From positions 992,136 through 1,056,135 of the forward strand of contig JBJBDC010000001.1 in assembly GCA_047285535.1 (NCBI GenBank): 64,000 bases of DNA, written 5' to 3'. Of this stretch, positions 29,278-40,787 are shown in pieces. The first letter of the stretch is position 1. Each line of letters starts with the position of its first letter. The notes under the pieces were generated by a model. That model worked only from the letters and a program-made list of their open reading frames with translations, was not told the origin of the DNA and searched no databases. This stretch comes from Synechococcus sp. Its GTDB lineage: Bacteria; Cyanobacteriota; Cyanobacteriia; PCC-6307; Cyanobiaceae. Both the position numbers and the translations under genes were made by a program.

Positions 29278-29775
29278 ACCAAAAATCACATATATCAAAA
29301 CGTACGAATGCTAATCAAGATTAATCACTTCTAAATTTTTATCGCTTGATCAGAACAGCCTTTCGCGCTGAAAGAACTCGACCCTAGAGGAAAAGGCATA
29401 TAACTAATCCTGGAGAAAACATCTTCAAACTGCTTAGTAGAACAGAAAAAGAAGCGCAATCTTTAGACTAACTGAGCAGGGACAACCATGATCGTTTTCA
29501 AAGGGAAACAATGCTGACCATCCAACAATGATCATCTACCCCATTCATCGATTGAAGCCAAGGAGTGAATTCGTCAATTCCATCAACCAGCCCGAAACAA
29601 TATCTTTGGGCTGATGGAAACCAATTAACGGTTTCTATTGGATTGGAGTTGAAAATCAACTGAAAAACTTATCCCGAATTTGGCAAAGCAAATAACAGCC
29701 TAAATGATACTTGCTCGCGATCCCTTGATCAACAAAGAGGAAGAAATTTGCAATAGCTCACTTGACTAGATTGAT

Positions 29776-29961
29776 TTAGGAATCTGAATCAGCGTCATCG
29801 GTCCAGCGACGTTCAACCTGAATGAAGAGCAACCAAGCCGCAGCCCCTCCAGTAGCACCGGACCAATCCATGCGAAGCAACTCGATCACTGCAACGGTAC
29901 TTGCCGCGATGCGCAGTGCCTTCAAACAAAAAAGGCTGTAGCGTCGAAGGCGATCATCCAT
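29776..29961 (-). CDS. Small membrane hypothetical protein
   Basis: ATG ORF with coding-like GC in an AT-rich context. Confidence 0.6.
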   Translation of the reverse strand: MDDRLRRYSLFCLKALRIAASTVAVIELLRMDWSGATGGAAAWLLFIQVERRWTDDADSDS

Positions 29962-30541
29962 CGATGAGACAAAAGAGCTTTCAGCTCAATCAAGCCCTAT
30001 AGATCCGGTTTAGCAAAAACCTTCCGGTTCAGCCGATGTCTTGAAAAATGAAGCACCTTGAAAGTTCGCTGGGCGTCGAGAATCCAATCAAGACACTCAG
30101 TAAGAACCTTGATCAAGGCACATAGCATTAAAGAGCCGGAAGCTGAACTGCCGTGGCCTGGAGATAACTCCATGCAACCATGCACACTAAAAGCGGAGGG
30201 AGCACGGCAACAACGAAGACCTTAAGCAGTCCTGCCGTCGATGAGCAAAATCAAACGACAAGAAACAATCTTGAAACGAGTGATGGCGCAGGCACAACAC
30301 AGCTGTCATCCTGATATCTTATGTATGAGAATGTGAAGTGTTTCGAACGAATGATCTCCGCTTCTGGAAAGCAATTGCTGGCGTCATCTCCCTGGTGACA
30401 AGCTGCTTGTTAGCCTGGCTTATACTAAAGATGTAAACATCTTAAACACTTTTCACGCGAAAGATTAAGGATAATCAATGCACTACCACTCGCAAACTGT
30501 GTATTGATCAACTCAATCAAGAAGGAATGGTCAACGTCTTT

Positions 30542-30895
30542 TCAAAAGATCAAATTGGCAAGTAACAAAACAAGAGCTCCAACGAGCAGAGTCATCAATA
30601 ATGTTGCAACAATCAACCCCCCACCAGCAATCCATGCAACACGCTTTGAGGTCTCGGGAAATAACAAATAAAAACTGAGGCCTGCCGCTAGTCCCCAAAG
30701 CGGCGGAATCAAAACACAAATTAGAGTCAAAAGGATGAGTCTTAACTTTAGATTGCGCTGCTGTTCAATCATGCGCAATTCAGATAACTCCTGTTCCTCC
30801 AGCTCCAATCGTTCTTCATCGCTTAGCCAACGCCCCAAGTCTTGAGCTTGTTTGAGCTCACGCTCGAGTTTTTTAGAGCTTGTAGAAGGATGCAT
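30542..30895 (-). CDS. Hypothetical membrane protein
   Basis: Coiled-coil N-terminus and C-terminal TMs (IPPLW). Confidence 0.7.
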   Translation of the reverse strand: MHPSTSSKKLERELKQAQDLGRWLSDEERLELEEQELSELRMIEQQRNLKLRLILLTLICVLIPPLWGLAAGLSFYLLFPETSKRVAWIAGGGLIVATLLMTLLVGALVLLLANLIF

Positions 30896-30957
30896 GGACC
30901 TAATTTATCGTTGTTTTCAGCGTGGGCTGCGCTCCCAGGCCCGCTCGAGCTGATCCC

Positions 30958-31179
30958 TCATCGCGTTGGTGGAGGTTTCAGCTGATGAACGATTGCGGCG
31001 AAAGGCCGCGGTGATTCGCCAAAAACGGGTTGCGCAAGCGACAGCGACAACAGACCAAGCCAACAAGATCCAAGCAGAGCCGTGCACAAACATTGTGTGA
31101 ATGCCTCCATGATGGTGGCTGAAACGAGAGTGTTGATGAACGGCAAGGTCGTAGTTGGTGCCATTGCAATATTTGTCAC
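30958..31179 (-). CDS. Hypothetical protein
   Basis: ORF directly downstream of 31192..31602 on the same strand. Confidence 0.35.
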   Translation of the reverse strand: MTNIAMAPTTTLPFINTLVSATIMEAFTQCLCTALLGSCWLGLLSLSLAQPVFGESPRPFAAIVHQLKPPPTR

Positions 31180-31191
31180 AGCAATCGCAAT

Positions 31192-31602
31192 CTATGAATT
31201 TCTGTTGGTCAGGGGGCTAGCTCCAAACAGCTGACGCTCGCAGCGATATGTTTCGATCGTCCCCCTCCTCTGGCGAAATTCAGGATGCTCAGGGTCTTTC
31301 ACCCTCCACCACCAGCGACCATCCGTATAGCTGGGCTCACCAACATTGTTGGTACGGGGGAGTTGCAAGCTCATCCCTCGCCAATGAAGCAAGATTCCAT
31401 CGCCAGAAACAGTGCCATCAGCACTGTTTGGAAGTGGTGTCACGACAGTTCCGATCGCTTCCTGGCCAAGACGGATGCGCTCCGAAGACAGCGGATCTCC
31501 CTCACACAAATAGCTGGCTGCAAACAGAGGAGACCCTGCAGCGAGGCAGAGCACCACAACCATGCAAAACGAAATCAAGGAGCTCAAGACAAACCTAACC
31601 AT
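31192..31602 (-). CDS. Secreted hypothetical protein
   Basis: Signal peptide; YLCEGDPL...LQLPRTNN..SYTDGRWWW...YRC. Confidence 0.7.
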   Translation of the reverse strand: MVRFVLSSLISFCMVVVLCLAAGSPLFAASYLCEGDPLSSERIRLGQEAIGTVVTPLPNSADGTVSGDGILLHWRGMSLQLPRTNNVGEPSYTDGRWWWRVKDPEHPEFRQRRGTIETYRCERQLFGASPLTNRNS

Positions 31603-31656
31603 TACTCTCACCCAAGCACTCGACACGACAGAGTGTTGTTGAGACAGAGAATTTCG

Positions 31657-31956
31657 ATGAACCCAACACAAGAGCAAATGCTGGCGGCGTCGGCCGGTTG
31701 GGTGGCCGTGATCCTGAACATAATGCCAGGACTGGGTGTTGGTTATGTGTATCAACGGCGCTGGAAGGCCTACTGGATCACCACATTAGTGACGACAACT
31801 TGGTTCATGGCCGGTGCTCTCTTAGGCCAGAACGCTGAGAGTTCCGCTGAAACTCAAAACCAACTTGTGGGGCTGATCGGCCTCATAGTCCTCGCCATCG
31901 TCACCAGCACAGAAGCGGGGCTGACTGTCAAGACAGTACGTGCCAATATCAAATAG
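31657..31956 (+). CDS. Conserved small membrane protein
   Basis: LNIMPGLGVGYVYQRRWKAYW; three TMs; start ATG 31657. Confidence 0.75.
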   Translation: MNPTQEQMLAASAGWVAVILNIMPGLGVGYVYQRRWKAYWITTLVTTTWFMAGALLGQNAESSAETQNQLVGLIGLIVLAIVTSTEAGLTVKTVRANIK

Positions 31957-32218
31957 GGAAGAGCTTTAATGGTTTCATTTGGATTAATTCAATCCTGTTT
32001 TTGAGACAAAAGGACTCAAATTCATGCGCCATGACATCAAGGAGGAGATTGTTTCCAACCCCATTGCAATCAAACCGATGTCTCAAGAGTTGATCTGCGA
32101 TCAAATGATCACCCGTTTATCAATGAAAATATCAATGGCTTTTGCTTTTCTCAAGGGGTAAGGACAATCTCGAAGCAAAAACTGGGCAAAGTAGAAAGAA
32201 GATGTCGCCCAACCCTTC

Positions 32219-33433
32219 ATGCAGCTTCAGATTTTATCCCTAGCTGTCGGAGTATTGGCTTTGGGAGCAACTGTTGGTCTGATGATCCTTTTGTTAGGCC
32301 TACAAAAGGTGTTTTCATCAGCACCAACGCTATGGAAAAGCGACGAACAGGACCTTGAAGACACTTCACTTACGGTTGTAATCCCAGCCTTCAATGAGGC
32401 AAGCAATATTAAGCGGTGTCTAACACACGTCCTCACATCTGAACTGCCTTGCTTGCACTGGAAGGTCTTGGTCATCGACGATCAATCCAGCGATAGCACG
32501 ATAGAAATTGCCGAACAAACGATTCATTCTCTTTGCCGTGATCGCAGACTCAACGTCGAGGTGCTGCAGGCCGGACCGAGACCGCAGGGAGAACGATGGG
32601 TCGGAAAGAACTGGTGTTGCAGTCGCGCGATGGAAGAGGTCAAAACTGAGTGGGTGCTGTTCATCGATGCTGATGTCACCTTGGCACCCGATGCCATACG
32701 CCGAGCGTTACATCAGAGCACTCATGAAAAGGCTGATTTATTGAGCCTGGCGCCCAGATTGACCTGTGGATGCCTGGTCGAATGGATGGTTCAACCAATC
32801 ATGGCGAGTTTGTTAGGGCTGGGGTTTCCGATTCTGAAAGCGAATGACCCTGAATCCAAGGTGGCCTTTGCTGCAGGTCCATTCATGTTGTTCCGCTCGC
32901 GAAGCTACAAAGCCATTGGAGGCCACCAAGCCCTCGCCGGAGAAGTCGTAGAAGATCTGGCTTTAGCGCATCGCATTAAGAATTCTGGTTTCCGCTTGCG
33001 ATACGTGCTGGGCATTGATGCAGTCGACTTGCAAATGTATGCCAATCTCGCGGAACTGTGGGAAGGCTGGAGCAAAAACTGGTTTCTAGGCCTCAATCGG
33101 AACATCAGCAAATCAATCGCAGCAGGCAGTGCGGTTCTGTTGATGTTCACATCTCCATGGTTGCTGCTGCCGTCAAGCCTGTTGATGGCGGGCTATAGCC
33201 ACCATGATCAAATTTTATGGCTCACTGATTCTTTTCTCGAGTTATGCGCAATCCTCATGCAGCTGAGTATTCGCCTCTGGACCGCAGCCCGTTTCTCAAT
33301 GCCGAAATGTTATTGGTGGCTAATGGGCATCGGAGGCATTTTGATCTGGGCAATCTCAATCGTTTCCCCTTATAAAACCCTGACTGGCCAAGGCTGGACA
33401 TGGAAAGGAAGGAATCTCGCAGAATCAACTTGA
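32219..33433 (+). CDS. GT2 glycosyltransferase (CruG/HpnB-like)
   Basis: VVIPAFNE, IDDQSSD, WVGKNW, FIDADV, EDLALA, LWEGWSKNW, WTWKGR. Confidence 0.88.
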   Translation: MQLQILSLAVGVLALGATVGLMILLLGLQKVFSSAPTLWKSDEQDLEDTSLTVVIPAFNEASNIKRCLTHVLTSELPCLHWKVLVIDDQSSDSTIEIAEQTIHSLCRDRRLNVEVLQAGPRPQGERWVGKNWCCSRAMEEVKTEWVLFIDADVTLAPDAIRRALHQSTHEKADLLSLAPRLTCGCLVEWMVQPIMASLLGLGFPILKANDPESKVAFAAGPFMLFRSRSYKAIGGHQALAGEVVEDLALAHRIKNSGFRLRYVLGIDAVDLQMYANLAELWEGWSKNWFLGLNRNISKSIAAGSAVLLMFTSPWLLLPSSLLMAGYSHHDQILWLTDSFLELCAILMQLSIRLWTAARFSMPKCYWWLMGIGGILIWAISIVSPYKTLTGQGWTWKGRNLAEST

Positions 33434-33679
33434 CCCTGTGTCGTGATTCTAAATACAAATCACGACCAAAACCTTTGCTTTCACTTTGAGGGTGAGGCAG
33501 TCACCTTTAGAAGGCTAATGGAGTAAGCAAAGAAATTATCGGCTTGATGAACTCAAACCTGTTTACAAAATCCTGACTGGTTGAGAATGGATTGGAAAGA
33601 ACCCTCGCTGACTGAATCTTAAAGGCATGAACACCTTGGGACTCAAGCAAGACATGATTTTTGCAACTAGATCAACCAC

Positions 33680-34211
33680 ATCTACCAACTTGGTGGGTTT
33701 CTTGCTCTGCGTTTGGCATTGCTGATTCCTGCGACCGTACAGGCCAGTTCAATGGAAATCACAATCAACAGCATCTGCAGCGAAGGGGTCGGTGATTCAA
33801 GGGACACCATCAGTGCTGGAGATACAAACCAAGGCGTGGTGATTATTCCTTCGCTGTGCGGGCTAAACGAAAGAGAACATCGATCCCAGCTACATGAAGG
33901 CAAACATTGAGATCCGCAAACCAATGCTGAAGGCATGAGCATTGCAGAACTAACGGCACTGGGTGATTGGGATCCTGATGGCATTAATACTCTCCACGGT
34001 CCTTTCGCTAACGATCATCGAGGTGACCTCAGCCGATGGGTTGTCGATAGCGATGGAAATACCACCAACAACATGGTGGTAGCGAGGATCAAGACTTCTG
34101 AACTGCATGGTCGAGCCCTTGTGGTGCATGCAGGTGGTGACACCGACGCCGACACACCACCCTTCTCATGGCGGTGGCGGTGTTTGCATTACTTGAGAAG
34201 TGGGGGCATAA
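33680..34211 (+). pseudogene. sodC: Cu/Zn superoxide dismutase pseudogene
   Basis: HRGDL, GRALVVHAGGD and GGGG motifs retained; probable start reads ATC (33680), in-frame TGA 33908-33910, frameshift near 34165, second TGA 34194-34196, HxH ligands degraded (HRSQLH). Confidence 0.85.
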
Positions 34212-35169
34212 GCACAAGGCCTCTGTAGTGAATCCACAAATCAGCGCTGGGCCTTCAAGTCACGCCTGGAATCGTTTCATTCAGAGCTGGCAAAAATCGC
34301 ACAGAACATCGCCACTAAGAGCAGCAACCCAGTCGGTTGAAGTCCTAGCAAGGCATTAGAACCAACCCTTTAATCAAGAGGACTGGGCTACAGCGTTCTC
34401 AGTGCATATCCTACGTGCACCCGACACCAAACAAGACGTGCGTAGCGGTCAGGAGCATCCCTCCAGATAAACCTGCCTGTGCTCAAGATGGTGCGAGAAT
34501 GTGTGACTGGCTGAGTCATATTGCCAACCAAATTGACACAGACACGAGAAACCTTGCCCGACTTCAAAGTCATAAAGGCTCTGGTTCTTTCTCTTCCAGG
34601 GACTAATCGGATGTTGCTCTTCCGCTACACACGTTCGGACAGTTATTAAAAGATGTCAGCGAATCATTTTTTCTAAGAGAGCAAAGATTTGCCCAGATTG
34701 CATGTGCACACTGGGCAACGAATACCATCAGCTGCTTTTGGGAGATACCGGATCAGTCAAGAGCTCAACATCAAGAACTATTATAAATACTGTGCGGTCA
34801 CGATGCAACACATATTGATTATTTAAAGAGCAAAGAAATTTCAGATAAAAGCACGAGACAGGAAAAGATACTCAGGAGGCAATCACACAATCTTGCTCGA
34901 ACGAAATGCAATTCATTATTCATCTACTACAGAATGCGCAGAACAAATTCAAAGATAATTACTAGATTGATTCAAACAAACACCAAAAGAGACAGCCATA
35001 TCAACAGCAGTCAGACATTCAAATCGATCACGATTGGTTGTATTTAGCAAAACCAAAGCCGCATCAAAGATTTCAGAGTGCATACACAACAGAACCAAAA
35101 CAATTCACAAAGCCTTTGAAATCAAAGTTCGATTTTGATCTGCCGGCTCATCTCTATGGACAGACCTGA

Positions 35170-35373
35170 TTAACGAACAGCTGAGTCGCTTGAGGACTTT
35201 GATGGATCGAGAGAATGCGCAAGAGCCAGCAGGCCAGCCGCGAGCGCGGTTTCCCCCTCAATTTGCATTATTCTATGGAGGGCGATCACTTCGCCATAGT
35301 CAGCAGCTGCAGTGCCATTGATAAGGCCGCGAGCGGTGCATCGAGCCACAGCGAGCTGAAGAGAGATCGTCAT
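35170..35373 (-). CDS. Conserved hypothetical protein
   Basis: MTISLQLAVARCTARGLINGTAAADYGEVI... Confidence 0.65.
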   Translation of the reverse strand: MTISLQLAVARCTARGLINGTAAADYGEVIALHRIMQIEGETALAAGLLALAHSLDPSKSSSDSAVR

Positions 35374-35491
35374 GCACTCACGTTGGCCCAAGAATGAGCA
35401 AACCCACCGAAGCTTCCGGTTTCCAGCTGATTCCGAAGCACAAACCAGCAGCAAGCTTGTTAATATTTCGCAACATTGAAGAGTTTATGGC

Positions 35492-35728
35492 ATGGTCTCA
35501 ACACTTTTCCCCTTGGCTTACGGAATTGTTTTTGCCTTACTACTAGTGCAGGCCTTCCAAATGATGCGCTTGGGCACAAATCCTTTTAGATCAAAGAATT
35601 CAGATCGTACAGGCTTGCTTACCATCCATCCTGAACTCCTCGACACCAATGGATCCATCACAGAAGAAGACCTGATGGTTGTCCATTTTCAAAGCAAAGC
35701 TCGTTCAGAAGATTCCATCAATGATTGA
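35492..35728 (+). CDS. DUF2973 domain protein
   Basis: LLVQAFQMM...TIHPELLDTNG.IT.EDL. Confidence 0.8.
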   Translation: MVSTLFPLAYGIVFALLLVQAFQMMRLGTNPFRSKNSDRTGLLTIHPELLDTNGSITEEDLMVVHFQSKARSEDSIND

Positions 35729-35774
35729 ACGAGGGCTTGATCGCATTCAGAATGAGGAACCAAACTCCCAACCA

Positions 35775-35906
35775 ATGACCCTCAATCAATTTTTGATCTT
35801 CTTGGTCATAGGAATTGCCATAGCAGGGGCTACGGGATCTACCTGGCTTTGGTGGATACTCGCCATCTGCACAGTCTTAGTTGTTTTCAAACTTCTTAGA
35901 AAATAA
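35775..35906 (+). CDS. 43-aa membrane microprotein
   Basis: Two short hydrophobic helices ending KLLRK. Confidence 0.5.
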   Translation: MTLNQFLIFLVIGIAIAGATGSTWLWWILAICTVLVVFKLLRK

Positions 35907-35919
35907 TACGTAATCAGCA

Positions 35920-36549
35920 ATGACAACTCAACTGGTGGCGATCAACTGGGCTAAAGCAACAACAATTGCAATAATTTTTATCTTAATCATTACATTTGGC
36001 ATCGAAGGGCAGCGTCAAATCTTGTATGCATGTATGCACATTAGTTACTGCTGCTGGTGGCTACTAGAGCAAAAAATCTATCCAGATCGCACTCAACAGA
36101 TGTTCACAGAAAAAATAGGACCTTCCGGTTTCGCTGGAGCACTATTGATCGTCGGCATCCTTTATTCACTGCCTGCATTTCTAGCCTTCAGCAATCATAA
36201 AGAATTATCCATTGCAGCTACTGCAACAGCGGTTCCACTTTTCTACTTCGGAAGCTTAATCAATACCGCCGCTGACATCCAGAAGAGCACTGAAAAATTA
36301 AGTGGTGCAGGCCTAGTGCGCTCTGGCATCTGGAGTGGAGTACGAAATATAAATTATACTGGTGATTTAATGCGTTACCTAAGCTTCAGCGTCATAGCGG
36401 GCTCGGCATGGGCATTTTTAGTTCCACTTTCGATTCTGATTCTTTATTTACAGCGTATTCGAGACAAAGAAATGTCGATGAGAACAAAATATCAAGATTA
36501 TCCTGATTACGAATCAACAAGTTATTGCCTTATTCCAGGGATTTGGTAA
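35920..36549 (+). CDS. DUF1295 / steroid 5-alpha-reductase-like membrane protein
   Basis: AINWAK, ADIQK, GIWSGVRNINYTGD, LIPGIW. Confidence 0.82.
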   Translation: MTTQLVAINWAKATTIAIIFILIITFGIEGQRQILYACMHISYCCWWLLEQKIYPDRTQQMFTEKIGPSGFAGALLIVGILYSLPAFLAFSNHKELSIAATATAVPLFYFGSLINTAADIQKSTEKLSGAGLVRSGIWSGVRNINYTGDLMRYLSFSVIAGSAWAFLVPLSILILYLQRIRDKEMSMRTKYQDYPDYESTSYCLIPGIW

Positions 36550-36559
36550 GAATATCAAC

Positions 36560-36963
36560 ATGATCAGATCAATCTTAAATATTTTTTGGCTAATTCTAGG
36601 TGGACTCCCAATGGCGCTTGGTTGGTGGCTAGCAGGTTTGCTGAGTGCAATCAGCATCGTGAAATGCCATGGACCCGCTCTTGTTTTGTCCTTGGTACTT
36701 TCTCCTTCTGGCCTTTTGGCTTTGAAGCAGTAAATAGCCGTGAGCTGAGCGGACTGAACGATTTAGGATCAGGACCGATGGGTCGCATCGGAAACGTAGT
36801 TTGTTTCTTAGTTGCAGGATGTTGGTTAGCGATCGGTCATCTGAGTTCCGCATTGGCTTGCTTCATCTCAATCATTGGAATTCCCTTCGGCATTCAGCAC
36901 ATCAAACTCGCGCTCATTGCCTTAGCTCCGGTCGGAATGACGATTGTTCCGACCCAGCATTAA
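36560..36963 (+). pseudogene. yccF: Frameshifted YccF-domain membrane protein
   Basis: ATG 36560 frame reads MIRSILNIFWLILGGLPMALGWWLAGLLSAISI; the continuation MPW...WPFG...IIGIPFGIQH is in another frame (1-nt loss near 36660). Confidence 0.8.
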
Positions 36964-36988
36964 TTCACGTCACAAGGAGAGGTACACC

Positions 36989-37114
36989 ATGGACCCAGAC
37001 GTACGGAGACTGGTGGTTGGCCAGCTGCTTGTGATCGTGATCCCAGTCGGAACCCTGATCGCTCTCTGGATCACCATGCTGAATTGGAAATTCAATTGCA
37101 GAGGAGTGAAATAA
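36989..37114 (+). CDS. 41-aa single-TM microprotein
   Basis: AAGGAGAGG RBS; MDPDVRRLVVGQLLVIVIPVGTLIALWITMLNWKFNCRGVK*. Confidence 0.55.
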   Translation: MDPDVRRLVVGQLLVIVIPVGTLIALWITMLNWKFNCRGVK

Positions 37115-37195
37115 GACATCTCGCCACTAGTGTGGCCATCAAAGAAATCCGTTGGCAAGCTGATAGGGATGAGCCTGTCGATAATCCGAAGCACC

Positions 37196-37423
37196 ATGGA
37201 CATCCCCTGTGAGTTTCAAGCCTTCTCCAACGTTCATGCCATAAGAGACGGCAGCTCATTCATCAATGTTCTCGGCTGGATGTGGAACGAAGACAAAGGC
37301 ATCCAGTATCTGGCCTGGGACGGAAGCATCTATTCAGCCAGTTCCATTGACGGCATTAGTCCTCAAGCATCACACCAGCTTTATCGAACCGCAAATTCAC
37401 TTGAGAAGCTTGCTGAACATTAA
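37196..37423 (+). CDS. Hypothetical protein
   Basis: ATG ORF MDIPCEF...YLAWDG. Confidence 0.55.
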   Translation: MDIPCEFQAFSNVHAIRDGSSFINVLGWMWNEDKGIQYLAWDGSIYSASSIDGISPQASHQLYRTANSLEKLAEH

Positions 37424-37705
37424 GGAGGACTTGTAGAGACAAATACTTACGCAAGCAAGATCGATTGAAAGCTCAACATGAAATCACCTACAGGAGATAC
37501 GTTGCCTACTGCTGGTAAAAGCCCCTAATAGGGATACGACGAACTATGCCAGGCTCACTGTCGCAGGCTTCGTGATGAACATGAAATCACGAAGGAACTC
37601 AGGGAGTTCCTGTTAAATCTGATAAACGCTTCGATGGTGACTGGAAAAAAATTTGCAGAAACACTCTGAGCCGTGCCAGAACAGTGGAAAGCATAACTTT
37701 GGCGG

Positions 37706-37945
37706 ATGACCAGCACAGCGCAACAATCGATCCATCTCACAACCGGCGAAGACACACTTATTGATGCACTAAGAGGAATCAGAACAAAAGCAGAGCTCAT
37801 TCTCTTGCGTGAGCGTTTGACACAAAACCCAGCTAACCCTCCTTTGTTCCACTGGGTCTGCAATTTACTCATCGCACGAAGGATCTCTCGAGGACTTGCA
37901 GCCCGTGTGCTGTCACAATTGCACGAAGAGATTGAGGAAAGATGA
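37706..37945 (+). CDS. Conserved hypothetical protein
   Basis: PLFHWVCNLLIARRISRGLAARVLSQLH. Confidence 0.65.
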   Translation: MTSTAQQSIHLTTGEDTLIDALRGIRTKAELILLRERLTQNPANPPLFHWVCNLLIARRISRGLAARVLSQLHEEIEER

Positions 37946-38502
37946 AGCCAGTATCCATTTGCTCTTTAGAAGCAGATAGATCGGCAGAGAAAGCATCAAC
38001 CCAAAGAAGCCACTGACCATCTCAATGGCTTACACACGAAATAACAAGGAACTCTAAGAAAGGAAGTCGCGAAGGGATTGTTAGCAGTAAACGGTCGAAG
38101 CAATTACGCCATTACCATAAACATTTACTGAGGTCCAATGGATGGGTTGAGATCTACTGAATCACCAGTATCCAGATACAATTCGATAGGAACTCATAGG
38201 TACTGAACTCCACGTTGGGGTTTCTACCTCATTCACTCGAAGCCCACCTGAATGAATGGAGGAATAGAAATATCATCACAGAGGGCCGTTAGATAACGCA
38301 AAATCATCATTAATGGACTGTCAAACCGCATCCACGCAAGGAGTAGATAAGGATCATCTTCCTTAGCAGTAGAAGAGCCGAGCAAAACAAGAAAACGACA
38401 ACAACTCAGTAGCTAGACCAATGCAAGAAGGTAAATAAAGCTGGGCACATATTGACTGATACATGGGAAAGCTGTTAACAATAGTTAGTCGGGATTTTTC
38501 AA

Positions 38503-38868
38503 ATGCTTACTGGCGCAGAGCTTCTCTCCAAAGTCAAGGAACTTGGAGATGTATCCAAAACCGATTTAGCAACTCAGTGCGGTTACGTCTCAAAAAAGAA
38601 AGACGGAAGTGATCGCGTCAACTTCACAGCATTCTATGAGGCTCTGCTAAATGCCAAAGGGATTGAACTCGGTGGTGGTTCAGCGAATGTTGGAAAAGGT
38701 GGTCGCAAACTGAGCTACATAGCCAAAGTGCAAGGCAATGGAAATCTATTAATCGGCAAAGCCTACACAGCAATGCTAGATCTCAATCCCGGTGATAATT
38801 TCACAATCAAATTAGGTCGCAAGCAAATCCGCTTAATCCCCGAAGGATCTGACGACAATGAAGAATGA
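38503..38868 (+). CDS. Cyanobacterial AbrB-like transcriptional regulator
   Basis: MLTGAELL.KVK, GYVS, FTAFYEALLNAKG, GRKLSY, VQGNGNLLIGKAYT, IKLGRKQIRL. Confidence 0.92.
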   Translation: MLTGAELLSKVKELGDVSKTDLATQCGYVSKKKDGSDRVNFTAFYEALLNAKGIELGGGSANVGKGGRKLSYIAKVQGNGNLLIGKAYTAMLDLNPGDNFTIKLGRKQIRLIPEGSDDNEE

Positions 38869-38893
38869 CAAAACCTTCATAAGCGAGCGAAAG

Positions 38894-38917
38894 GAGGCTG
38901 ATCCAGCCTCTTTTTTT
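38894..38917 (+). terminator. Rho-independent terminator after the AbrB gene
   Basis: gaggctg-atc-cagcctc followed by T7. Confidence 0.85.
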
Positions 38918-39113
38918 CGAGAATAAATGCATGCGTAGCGGGAGGACAACTAATTCAAAAGACAGATTATTACCTGAGACCTAAATCGAGAATCAAAACA
39001 ATACAAGTACAAAGACTAATGAACTAACGAAACCACCAATTTGCAAAATATAATTTAGAAATCAAACATACAATTCTGAATAAATTGGAAATCAGACGCA
39101 TCTCTCGCACGAA

Positions 39114-39311
39114 TTATAAAACACTATCCCATTTGACCTTACCATCAAGAAGTTCCATCAATTCTTCAAGTTTTTGATTGGTAACGCGTACATCAGCAGC
39201 ATCAGGCATGGTGCCCTCTTCAATGAGAACGTTATAATGCTCACGGCACATATTACGCAGTTCCTGAAGGCGCTTCTTGGTAATTGTCCGTTTCTCTTCT
39301 GCTGTTGCCAT
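39114..39311 (-). CDS. Hypothetical protein
   Basis: Helical charged ORF ending LDGKVKWD. Confidence 0.65.
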   Translation of the reverse strand: MATAEEKRTITKKRLQELRNMCREHYNVLIEEGTMPDAADVRVTNQKLEELMELLDGKVKWDSVL

Positions 39312-40787
39312 GTTGGAGTCCAATTCGTAACCGATAGCCAGTCTGCCTTACCGAGCGCATTCCGCCAAACACACTATGACCGTGAGTCTGACGAATTCTG
39401 GATAGAGCAAGAACAAGGCAAAAATCCGAATTCAAGCTAGATGAATAGAGTCCATTACAACGCAGCCAACCCTAAGGGCTCTAAGCGAAATTGATCTTAA
39501 GAGAAGTCAAACAAATTTCTTATCCTGACACCAAGGGAATAAGGGATTCTTCTATTGAATTAAATTAAAGAGCGATCCACAAAACAACTCGAATATCACA
39601 AAAGACTTACCTAGCAACAACATTGCCTAAATGAGCAAAGAACAAAATACAATCAAGCATTAATGCAATCCTTCAGTTTTAAATCATTGTGCCTAAGCCA
39701 CATGCCTGTATGTGATGAGCACAAGTTAAAATCACGAAATCAATAGACACAAACAGCGAAGAGGCAGCTCATCACTCATGGACTGGTCAATCTAAAGCAG
39801 TGAAGGCCATTCGTCATTTACGGGGCGGGAATGGATCCATAGGCCCGTATTATCGATCTCTCCAGAGTCATTGACCGTGCCTAGACACCCATCTTGCATG
39901 GCGAGTCTTACTCTCGAGTTCCCAACGACGCCATTCCACTGAGGAGGCAGGAGCTGCCGTTGGCATCAAGGCTGGATCAGTCCAATAGTCAGGAGAATCG
40001 AGTGTGGATTGATCTATCGGGCAGCAAGGTCCCTGCATGACGAGAAGAACTTTAGATTTTCTTCATCATGCTCCTGCGACCCCCATTGGCGCAAGGCTTC
40101 CGAAGAAAGCGAAATGCTGTATCAACAAGCCTTCAGTTCTCCGGAACCAAGAATAAACACCAAAAAAATTTCCGAACCACTCAAGGATGAGCCCCGAATG
40201 AGGCCAGACGTTGGGAGTCAACACAACAGGTCAAAATCTCAGATCCTGAACATTGAGGACATCTACAACAAAGAAAGAAGGAGGGAGGCAGGATCATTCC
40301 GCCTCCTTCAAACCAAAGGAACGGCTAGTCATCGGAAATGAATCGATTTACAGAATTTCTGAAGAAAAAACACAAAGGTCACCCATTGAAATCACGTCAT
40401 CCAACGTAAGCTTATATACCTATGGAAATCGTCGATGCCCCTTCCCCTTCAAAAATATGAACTGTCATCGATGAAGTGGGCATCGAACGGAGAACTCTCA
40501 ACTCATGACATCCACAAGCTACTCAAAAAATTGAGTGAGGTACAAGCTTGTCAACAACAAACAAAAACTTTAGAGCCAGCAAAAAGCACAAAACAATATT
40601 GAAGACTCATTCCTAGATTTTTATAGCTGGATTCTTCGCACAAAAGCTTCAAACGCTAAGCCAAACTAAATAAAATATTCAGGAATACATAAAGATAATA
40701 CAAAGTCATCTTGATCCCAAGGTTAATCAGTAGATCGCAAGCTTTTAGGCCAAAGAAGGCCAAAATACTGAGAAAAGAACAATTAAG

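Noticed and set aside
33908..34196. Selenocysteine recoding of the two TGA codons in sodC
   Set aside because: The gene also has a lost start, a frameshift and missing metal ligands; no SECIS recognised
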